Source of the DNA: Magallana gigas
Lineage: Eukaryota
Length of the DNA stretch: 64,000 nucleotides
Assembly: GCF_963853765.1 (NCBI RefSeq)
Contig: NC_088861.1
Coordinates: 47,058,001-47,122,000 of the forward strand
Reading direction: 5' to 3'
Positions 39,877 to 51,800 of this stretch are shown one piece after another (within the stretch, counting starts at the first letter, position 1; every line of letters starts with the position of its first letter). The position numbers were made by a program, and so were the translations under genes. Under the pieces are notes generated by a model. That model made no database searches and was not told where the DNA came from. It saw only the letters and a list, made by a program, of their open reading frames with translations.

Positions 39877-42800
39877 TCATAATATCGTACAGGTGCTGGA
39901 CTGAGGAAGTAAAAATAAAGATTGAAATAAATATTAAATGTCCTTCATATCTTTTTCAATGAGCATATGTAAAAATACAATGATGGCAGATAGAAAATGA
40001 TGCATGTATTGCCTGATACCTGCAGAAGAAGACTTATAATTCAAGAATTACTCATTTTTATTGTGAACTTTTGTGGGTTTGCAGGGATTAAATATAGAAA
40101 AAACAAGAATAGAATTCCTGGGTCCCCCGCCGGTCAAGCAGTATACTAGTATCGAGTCTATCGACCAAGGCTGATTTAGAAACTTGACCAAGGCATTAGT
40201 GGTATAAACATTTGGTATAAATTTAATGAAAATCCGTCAAAATTTGTAGGCATGAGAGCGCTTACAAAAAAGTGTGACAGACGGACGCACGGACGCACGG
40301 ACCCACGGACAGACGGACGCACGGACCCACAGACCCACGGACAGACGGACGCACGGACCCACAGACCCACGGACACACGCCCAGCATTTCTATGTCCCCG
40401 CTCCGCGTTGCGGCAGGGGACAAAAAAAAAACTGAAGAGGGAATTCATTTTTTGTTGTCATTTTGCATGTACATGTTTACACAACTACAATTACAATGAA
40501 CAAAAAAATATTACAAGTATATGAAAACTTATCTTGTATATATAGCCTTGAGCTGTTTCTAGCCATGATTACAAACGTAATTTTCAACAATTTATTGCTT
40601 ACTGTAAAGTTTAAAGTGGTTATTAATGTTGGCGGTGAAGTACGCGTTTTTCTAATGTGACAGTCAAACAAAATGCGTGGGTATTAAAAACACGGATGCT
40701 TGATTTACTATAGTAAAGTTCTGATTTCTTTACCATACGCGCAGGTATTTTATGCAAATATAAGCGTACCAAGTAACTAGTGTAAGTTTCCCCAATGTGT
40801 AAATAACCACTTTTACAGTATATAAGTTGTAGACTACGTGCTGAGAACTGTAAACAAACCTTCTTCTCTGTCTTTTTGGCGGGTTCTTTCTTATCTTTCT
40901 CTTTCTCTTCTTTGTCCCCATCATCCTTATCTTCATCCTTAAAGGTCAAGGTAACCAGAAAATGTGTATTAATATCTTTAAAGTTGGTATGGGACACCAA
41001 CTTTTTCTTTCCTGAATTTATTACCTATCTGCGTAGCGTAATGGGTATGAGCATTAACTAAAAATCTGTATGTTATGAGTTCGAATCCCGCTGGGGCTTT
41101 TATAATTTTTACCTTTCCAAAAAATTTAAAACACATTTTTCAGTAAAATTTTGTAAAATTTTAAAATTTCGAAACGGTACACTTAAAGTATTTTGATTTT
41201 TTTAATCGTATCATTAGGAATAATTATGTCCAGTTTACATGACCATTTTAAATACTTGTATATTTTCTGCTACTCTGTGTATTATAATTTTCAGTTGTCA
41301 GACTATTTATGGAGTACATGTCAATATCATTTTATTTCCTGGAAGTCCACAGTAGTGTATAAAAATGTACTAAAAAAAACCCAACAATTTCTATAGCTGT
41401 AACCTATCGGATTAGAATCAGAATTACGTCTTTAAATCAATATATTGTTCAGATCTACAAAAATTAGCTGCTTGGTTAAAGTAGAGTTTAAATCAATTGT
41501 TTTGATTTGAATGTTTACAGAATCAACTGAAAACATCATTGTTAGTTTAAGGTGGTATGGGACACCTGTCGATATCAATGTGGATAAAAGGACATTACTG
41601 GTATAGTCGAAATACTTTCACCAGTTTAGAATTTTCAAATTTTACAAAATTTGATCCATAATTTCAATTTTAAAATAATTTGGAAAGGTAAAAATTATAA
41701 AATCCTCAGTGGGATTCAAACTCATGACTTACAGATCTGTAGGTAACGCTCTAACCCATTGCGTTACGCTGTTAGATAACTGATTTGAGAAAGAAAAAAT
41801 ATATATAAAATTATAATTGATTTTAATGTTTATTTCGATACGAAGTATGTCACAATATAGAAATGTCATATACCGTCTTAAGACAGAATGCATGTTGGGG
41901 TTGGTTTAATAAATCTGGTACCCCTAGATGCTGACCACTCAAAGACAGAAAAACAGAGCCTTACCTCCTCCCCTTCGCTCTTCTTTCCTTCCTCTCCTTC
42001 ACTCTTCTTCCCTTCCTCTGTCTCTCCATCATCCTTCTCCTCCTCATCCTCTTCCTCCTCCTCTTTTTCACCTTTCTTTTTCTTCTTGTCTTTTTTGTCT
42101 TTCTTTTTGTCCTTCTTTTTATCTTTCTCTTTTTTGTCTGCAATAATTAAATCACAAATTGCTATGCACAAATTTTTTTATCAGCATCAATATAATATTG
42201 AACCTAATATGTTGCATGATAGCTTAAAACGGGATTTGTCAAGGACAAAGACCTAAATGTGAAATACTTTAACAGCTACAGTTGTTAACATGGGCGAATT
42301 GATACAATATCATCAATATATATGTGAGATATTATCGATATTGATACGATATCATCAAAATTAATACGATATATCATCGATATTGATATGATATCATCAA
42401 TAGTAATGCGATATATCATCGATATTGTTACAATATCATCCGCATCGATACTACATCGTCTCTTGACATAACTCGATCACTGCGCACTCTACCTTTCTTC
42501 TTGTCCTTCTTCTTTCCTCCTTTTGTTTTCTCCTCCTCTTCTTCATCTGCTTCCTCTTCCTCCTCTTTTTCTTCTTCTTCTTCCTCATCTTCATCTCCTT
42601 TTTTCTTCTTTTTGTCTTTCTTCTTATCTTTTTTGTCTTTCTTCTTATCCTGGAAGAAAAAGATAATGGAATAGAGAAAAATTTCAATAGAAATGAAAGA
42701 TATCATAGCCATTCAAATCTGTCCTACCTTCTTATCCTTCTTCTTGTCTTTCTTTTTATCTTTCTTCTTCTTGTCTTCCTTTTCTTCTTCTTTCTCTTCT

Positions 42801-45800
42801 TCCTCTTCTTCTTCTTCCTGCTCTTCCTCCTCCTCTCCCTCTTCATCATCAGACAAACCAGTGGACACTTTTCCAAACACATTTAGGTCTTTTTTTCCTA
42901 TTGATATAGTTACACACATAAGACACACTCCAACCACATGTTTGACTATCATGGCTACACTTAACCAGCACTTTGATTATTTTGCCAAGTTTTAAGAACA
43001 ATTTTTGCAGAGAAAGCCCTTTAATGTTTTAAATTTCATCTTATTGTCCAGTAACTCCTATAATACTGTGCAAACAAGTTCATTGAAATTATACATGTAT
43101 TACCTATTCTTGGTCATAATGATTAGTCTTAGTTTATAATTTAAGTAAATTAATGTTAAATTGCCAAAGAAAAAGATATCCCATATCAATGTTGGTTAAA
43201 CATAATTGATGTCTGCTAAAATCAAAGAAGAATACAGTTTTGAACAATGGTGGTATGTCATGATAAGTGTACTTATTCAAACAAGAACTGCAAGCCTTAG
43301 GACCAATAGGTCCAGTTTTGTCTTAGATAACCTACAACCTCAAGCAATTCAAGAAGCTCTAGTCGACATCCCCCACCTTTTTTCTTATCTTTCTTTTTAT
43401 CTTTTTCCTTCGTTTCTTTCTTTTCCTCTTCTTCTTCTTCATCTTCGCTGCTCTGGGTTTTTCCTGCTCTGGGTTTTGGAACAGGAATTTCTGGCATTGC
43501 CTATGAAAGACAGTGTTGTGAAAAAACACTCTAATGTTGTATGATGTCAACAATATAATAAAAAGGAATCAAGATCATTTTGATTAGTTCTTATATAATG
43601 ATATTCGATTGGCTAGGATGAACAGAAAATTTTGATTGGTTGACATTAATCTAAAATGAATTTCAAATATGATTGGCTGTATTCATGGAGATGACTCACC
43701 CTGGAAGAAGTCACTTTAGTGGCCTTCACTGTTTCTTCCTCCTCCTCTTCTTCTTCACTTTCTTCTTCACTCTCTTCTTTCTTCTGTAAGATTAAAACAC
43801 CATCAAATGTTTAAACATTACATCATCCAATAAACATGTGGTCACACAATACATGTAATTTATCAGATTTCTTAATTTGTTTAGTCATAGTTGATAAAGT
43901 TCACATTTATCTTGAAATAAATTAATGATATGAATTATATCATTTAAAGAGCATTTGAAATATGCATAGGTAACTATGCAAAAACCACAGAATATTGATA
44001 CAACATTTAACCAGTTTTTGTACAAAAAAAATTAAAGATAAACACTGTTACAGTAACACAGTGAGTGAAGTAATATAACTGTGCTCCTCCATTAGTTACC
44101 ACGTCAAACATCTACACAACATACTGACTACAGTAAAACAAGCTTATAGCCGAGTGCCAGGGACGGGAGGATTTGCTTCATTATAAAGGTAATTGTTTTA
44201 CAATAATAGTGTAAAGATGGAGATGTCTGTCAGACATAGATAACTGCAAATCTAAAAGCATTAACAAGCAAAAACAAAAATCAGAAAACAGTGGAAATTG
44301 TTAAAGCAATGGGGGTTTTTTAAGCTCAAAGAAATATTGATATCTAATATGAAATTCTGAGAGGGTAAAGTGCTTTTAAGGTGGTATTGGACACCTGTCA
44401 ATATCAATGTGGATAAAAGTACATTATAATCAAAATAATTTCACCTGTTTATAATTTTCAAATTTTACAATGACTGAAAAAACAAATTGTTTAAAATTTT
44501 TTTGAAAGGTAAAATTATAAGAGCCTGGTGGAATTCCAACACATGATTTACAGATTCGTACTTAATGCTCTAACCCACTGCACCACACTAATCTGGTTAC
44601 AGTTTTAGGTATTAAAACTGTAAAATCTGATCTCTCTTCACAGGAGAGAAAATAATAATTTAAAACAGAGATTTTCTAAAAAGTACTAAACAAGCTTGTC
44701 ATGAGTATTATGTACAAGCTGTAGTGCATTTATTATTTTCACATGACATGTATGACTGTTATTGAAAATAGAAGCCATAAAAGAAAGAAACATACACATA
44801 CTATTATATCTATGATGTTGATATTATTCTGAGAATTTTGTTGTTACTTTACAAAATAAACAACGAATTAGTCCAAAAAATCGGTGATTGTAAAATTAGT
44901 GATACAGAGTGACTAAGTTTGCATCAGAAAGAAATGGTAGGAAAATTGTCATAAAGCAAAAAACAAAATACATAAATCTTGGCTTGAATGGTGAAGAAAG
45001 ATGTGCATCATGGTCACTTATCTGTTAACTAATTAGTCAAACCAGGGTACAGAAGTGATTTATGAGTTAAAAGAATAACAAGGAAAAACATTACAGACAG
45101 TCCACCAGTTAAAGTTAATAGAAAAAAAGTGAAATTTCACACAGACACACTCTACGAAGGTGGGAAAGAAAATCTACCACAAGACTAACAGATTCTTTTG
45201 TTTCTGATGGGATGGCTTCCTTGTCTTTTTCTGATTGGTTAGTTTCATCTTCAGGAGAAGCTGATTGGCTGACTTCAGCACCAGGGGCTTCTGATTGGCT
45301 GGGCTTGGGCTCGGGCTCTTCCTCACTCTCCTCTGAGTCTTTTGATTCCTCTTTGTCTTCTTTGGTTTCAGGAGACGTTTCTTCAGCTTCCTCATCATCA
45401 GATTTAGCAGACTTTGTCTCTTCCTGTAAAATGTGACTAGCCTCTATGTCTCTATTTAAGTTATTTCTAACAGCACCCACACAATCCCTGCGATTTAATT
45501 ACAGACAAGGCTGTCCAAAAACTCCCCTGAAAATCAACCTGCAGGACCCTATATCTATGTCACAACAGACATGGCTGTTCATGACTAGGTGTTCGGGACT
45601 TACAAATCACTTAAAATTATCCTGTATTCGAGATTATTGTTTGATATAACGAAGTTCAACTGTATAATTATAATAAAGTCTATTTTTTTTCTTTAGAAAA
45701 ATTAAATACAGTAAAACACGGTTATAGCGAACACGCTTATAATGAATTGACGCTTACAGCGAAGTGAACTTCATCCCCCAAGTCTCTATTTCATGTTGTA

Positions 45801-48800
45801 AACTTGACGGATATAACGAATTACGCTTATAACGAAGTTAAATTGACCGTCCCTGGGACTTCGTTATAAGCGTGTTTTACTGTACATGTAGGAAATGGAT
45901 AGGTGAAAATGGTGAATACCCTTGCTATCTTAATCAAATTTATAACATTACAAGTTCTGTTACATCACAAACACTGATCTCACAAATATTCTATCATTCC
46001 AACCTTGCACAAAATTTAGTCAAGATGCACATTTGTTTCTATGCTTTACATTCATAATATACATAAGCCATGCAAGTTCTCCACCTTTTGTAACATCTGC
46101 CCATGCAGAACTTGGACACATTTACACAGTTCCTAACTAGCCCCTAACTACAGGATCATCGATCGAACAGGCTACATTCATAAGTTACCTCATCTTGTTT
46201 CCTAGGCAACGGTCGGGGCTTTGGGACAGGTTTACTTTCACTTTCAGGAACAGCCTAGAACAAGAAAATTGAAAAAGAGTCAAACTGGGGTTATTTCAGC
46301 TCATGTATAACAAAATAACCATAAGTAAAGACATTTTAGTTTGAGTAGTTAATGCTGTCTTTTGTAAACAACTTTTCAGGACCTGTGTCACATGCAAGCT
46401 ACTTTTGGAGAGAAAATAACTGGCAAAAATAAAACTGTAGACAATAAGTATATGAAAGAGAGCTTATCTATATAAATTTAAACATATACCATAGTATATC
46501 AACAAACAAACATGCCACACAATGTCTTAACACACACTGCTAATTCAAACACTGACCTTGACAAGGTGTGACCTTCATCTAAGTGTGTATTCTATTCCTG
46601 ATGGACATTTGAAGCCTTATAAATGACCTTGACCTACTTGTGTGTTTTGTAAATAATTGACCTTCACAGCCTTGGTAATGAGATGACCTTGATCTATGAC
46701 TGACCTTCACTTTATTGTATATGACTGACCTTGACCTCCGCCTCTTCTTCCTCGCTATCATCCGATTCCTCACTGGATTCCTCCTCAGGCTTTGCTTTCT
46801 TTTCCTCTGTGAAACAAGTCATAAACAACATACAATATTGCTGTTTTTACCCGATAGTAGCTAAATCATCATATTGATCGAAAAAACAGCAATAATTATT
46901 CTACTATATGAATCAGCGACAAATTGATACAGACATATCAAACTGAGTGTTATCAAGCAAAGATTGTAGTTTGAAGCCATAGCCAAACATTGAGAAACGC
47001 GATATTTCACTTAATTGACGATCTATTTTTTAGTACAAAGTAGAGAAAATCAAACATTATATTGACCTCCTAGGTCACGTGCAGGTGAATATAACATTCT
47101 GATATTTTGAGAGAGTTGGATATGAGCCAATCAGAGAGCTAGGAATCAATCAATCACATAATAACATAAATTATTGCGACCAAACCATTCATTTTTTAAA
47201 AAGAAAGTAATACAGTATGTCATCAATTACTCAATCTAAAATTGTAACATAATCCAATTTCAACACGCATCAATTTAAACATCATATAATTGAATAATAG
47301 ATTAGAAATCTAAGCAGTCAACCACATTTAGAGAGAGAAATAATTATACAAAATTTAAATAATGATGTTCTCATAGATTACACACATCATGTATATAATC
47401 AGAATGATTGAGAGTAATATCAAAAGATCAGTGTTATGAAAAACTAGATTTGTCTTGTTTGGGGGACAGGATATCTAATGTTCATGTCATTCAATAACCT
47501 GTACTAGATTTGCGTTTGTGAACTGGTTAAGCTATCTTTTGTTGTTTAATTTTGATTTTCTTTAAAAATTCCTAGCACGGTTGACTGCTTTGGTGCCCTC
47601 TCTTATTGAATTAGTCTCACTGCGTCCTGGTGTATAGATTGTTCCTGTGGGTTAACATACTACTGACCTGGTTTAACTGCCTGAGGGAGAGGTCTCTTCC
47701 CCTGGGGTGAGGGTTTAGGGGGGTGGGTTGCACTGAGTGATTCCACTGTTTTTGCGTTGTTGGTGAGAGCAGGTAGAGTCCTATTCAATGACGGTGCCTG
47801 AAATAGCAACACAGCTAACTTTAAGCAGGGAAATATTTGCCATTGTTTTATTTTTGTCCATTTTGCCCTTAATTGTCAGCGGGCAAATTCAAGGCTGGAC
47901 AAGTTCCAATGTCTCAAATTATCCCTCTTCTAGCACAACATTGCCTAGGCAAATATAAGATGTAGCAAAGCTGTTTGCAAGTGTAGAAAGGACAAATAAA
48001 AACGGGGGCAAAAACAACCTTGATTAGAGTATGAAGTGTTTCTTTGACGTCAGTGAATACCAATGTTTGTGAATTTCGTTGATGAGTTGATCAGTAAAAT
48101 TAAATGTCAATGTTCACTGAGGTACAATGAATGTATGTACTTCTGAAACTGTGACTTCCAAATCCTTTAAACTTGATGTCCTAAATATATTTATGGAACT
48201 GTACTACATTATACAAGTCAAATCATTAACAACCATGGCAGGTTCATCATCAAACATGTACAGTAAATCAAGATCCTGATCATGTATTATATTGTGTACA
48301 ATATTTGGTGGAATTGATTTTTATAAGGATAGGTGTAGATTTGATTTCACCCATTTATGAATGTATCTTTTAGCACATGTATATGCTGGACATTAAACAA
48401 TAATTAAATTAAAACCTCCTTTCCCTAAAAACATTAAACAAAATACACAGCCAAATGGAATACAATACATGTAACAGCTAGCATTCATTACCTAATAGTC
48501 GAAACTCATATCAAATAGGTAAAAAATTTGGTTTTTTGATATCATGGTATGTCTTGATATCTCTGATATCATGGTATGTCTTGATATCTTGGCACTTTTA
48601 CTAGTGGAATATTTACCCGTTTGATGGACTCCTGGCGCCTCCTATCCCGCGCCCCGAAGCTTCCGCCTAGATCCACAGTACCGTCCATCTTGATGGAGTG
48701 GTTGAGGTTGGTTTTGTGTAGGTTCTCGTTTTCATCCTCCTCGTTTGATGAGGTGGAGTCTACCTCTCCATTCTGGAGGCGAGGGTAGGCCAAGACAATC

Positions 48801-51800
48801 ATGTGACATCCTCCACACGACACCTGTGCATATAGTGATACAAACTCATTTAGCATGATGTCAGAGAGATGCGATATATTATACATTATATAAACTTGAA
48901 CCATCACACCTTATTAACTTTATACCTGATGAACTTCCAAATTACATATACCGTAAACCAACTTTTATTCGAGACGACATTTTTTCACGATTCAACAGAG
49001 ATAAACTGGTTTGCGGCAATTGAAATTATTTTCGCAACAAAGCCTTATCAACATCCGGTTTTTTTAACAACCATATGCCAATAACTGGCTTGTGGCGAGA
49101 AATATTCACAACGACAAGGCTCTGGCGAACCTCTCGAAAATTTCTTGTACGCGAATAAAAGTTAATTTACTGTGTATTTGATGTATTTCAAATAAACAAC
49201 TTTTACATCTGATGAACTTCCAATGAATATATGTACTAAGAATTTCCACCTGATGATGTTCACATAAACATTTAAATGAACTTTTAAAATTGATAACCCT
49301 CACATGAACATTCAAATGAACATTTACTCCTGATAACCTTTGCATGAACACCCAATAAATTTCCAATGAACATTTACCCAATGAACTTCACATGAACATG
49401 TACCCCTGATGACCCGCACATGAACATGTATCCCTGATGACCCGCACATGAACATGTATCCCTGATGACCCGCACATGAACCCAAACCCTTGCTGAACTT
49501 GATGAACATGAACCCTGATGGACTCACCTGAGTGACAATAAACTTGCTGAATCTCTTTGATCTCTGGGGGAAGTACTGGTTTGAGTAGCATTCATGGTCA
49601 AGGCCTAACTTGGCATGGCGACCATCTCCAAATGTGTAAAGCTGCCCTTTCTCTACACAGTCAAAAATTCACATATACATGGATGATAAATTGTCATTAT
49701 ACATTAAATTTTATATAACATGATTGTATAAGAAGAATATATCACATTGTTATGTGATGTTTGAACATACTTCACTAAAAAAACAAGATAATCTAAAAAA
49801 ATAAGCATGTTTTTTATTCTATTTTTTAAATTTTAATTTTGCTTAGATTAAAACACTGCACTACAACACAACCCCACATTTCTGATATTAACAAACTCTT
49901 ATTACTTTTTGTAAATTTTACATCCAATTTGATGTCAATTCCTAAATATTCTCCAATGTTTTGCTGTCATAAACTCAGTTTATGTGAGTTTAACTTTGGT
50001 TATCCCTGTAGTTAATTCTACTTGGAATTAACTCTTTTTACATCTAAATAATTCTATTGACCTGTAATTAATTCAATTTGATTTAATTTTTTATAAAACG
50101 CTTTTTTTGTTTGCCAAACAAATTCATCTATATCTTATACTAAAACTTGCCTACATCACAATATGAAGCATGTGCAAAATCTATTTATCCACTTGATCTG
50201 ACCAACTCTTTTATCAGTGAATACTGTAAAGGTACTACATTTGGCTGTGTATTCTATTTAGCGCTTTTGGCGGAATGCGGCTTCCGCTAAATCAAGTACA
50301 TCGCTAAATGTCATTCTTATCTGTATAAGGATTGGAACATTCAGGAATACGCTAATTCAAATTCACTCCAATTTGTTAAAAAAATAATTTCCGCCAAATA
50401 TCGTACATGCCAAATATAATACGTTTACAGTAGATTTATTTACCGGTGACTAACTTTATTCACTGGTGAATAACTCTATTTACCTGTCAAAAATTCTATT
50501 TACCTGTAACTAGCTTTATTAACCTTTAACTAGCTGTATTTATCTGTAACTAGCTGTATTTACCTGTAACTAGCTGTATTTACCTGTGACTAACGCTGTG
50601 TGGTTTTCTCCTGCTGCTATTTGTGTGACCTTGTGCTTAAAATTGAGCCAGACCGGGGTTTCACAGTAGAAGTACTTGTTTTTGTGTCCTAGTTGTCCGT
50701 TACCTCCCTCTCCAAAAGTATAAACCTTCCCACACTCTGTAAGTCAACCACCAATGTAAAATCAATCATCAACTTCTGATAACAAAACTTTAAGCCACTC
50801 ATTAAACAACACTGAAGTTACTGTTACAAGATGATCATCAAATTCTTATGTACTAGCAATACTTATAATTGATTTTTAACAATTATGTTGCAGCAACCAC
50901 ATAATCTAAGTATTAAATGCAGCACCAATGCATTCCACATAATAATCACTAATAAAAAACTAGGGATGGCAATTGCTAACCAGTCAACCGATTACTCAGT
51001 TGGAACGATAGTAACCAATTACAAAATCAGTAATCAGTTAGTCATATAAGATAAAAATAATGTACATTTCAAAGCAATTTCAAAATACATTTTATTTTTT
51101 GACAATTATATATTCTAGTTAAATTGGAGACTGTTTTCTATAAAAATTAAGGTCCAACGACTGAGCTCTAGGAGGGACATTGGTCAGTAGTTTTTAATTA
51201 TAATGACTGTTAAAACAACACGTCACTACTATGTCGGTTCAGTTTTTCATAAATCATTATTGAATATATCGTCATGACACATATTAATTATTGTGTAAAT
51301 ATACAATAAAATATGTTCAAACCGAGACATGTTATGTCGGTTCAGCTATTCATAAATCATTATTGAATATATCACTATGAGACATAATTTTAAAATCATA
51401 TTTTGAATTACACATAAACCTTGTTTCTGTATAGCTGTAGTGTTCACGCATTATCTCACACAGTTAAATGCATAAATCCCATACATATATTTCATTGTAT
51501 TGATGAATCATTTTGCATACGGTTGCTTGTAATATGAACCTGGACATTCTAGGCTATTATTTCATTCAATATTTGTTATAATCATGATGATATGCCCCCC
51601 TGAGGGCCCTTGTTTGGTGAATAAATAAAGAACATGAACGGAATTTGTATTATTTATAACAATTATCAAAATGTTAATAGCCTGTCAAAATTATGCATAT
51701 TTTGATACGAGTAACTGGTTAATCGGTGGGATAGAATTGCGATTGACCAATTAGCAATCCTGCAATCGATTACCATCCCCACTAAAAACAGAAATATAAA

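Noticed and set aside
42849-42851. Non-canonical TG acceptor for RPGR exon 17
   Set aside because: An in-frame canonical AAG acceptor lies 9 nt downstream (exon start 42840), so there is no need to invoke TG without transcript data.
41888-43553. Plus-strand Ser/Phe/Leu-rich ORFs
   Set aside because: They are antisense shadows of the purine-rich RPGR tail exons.
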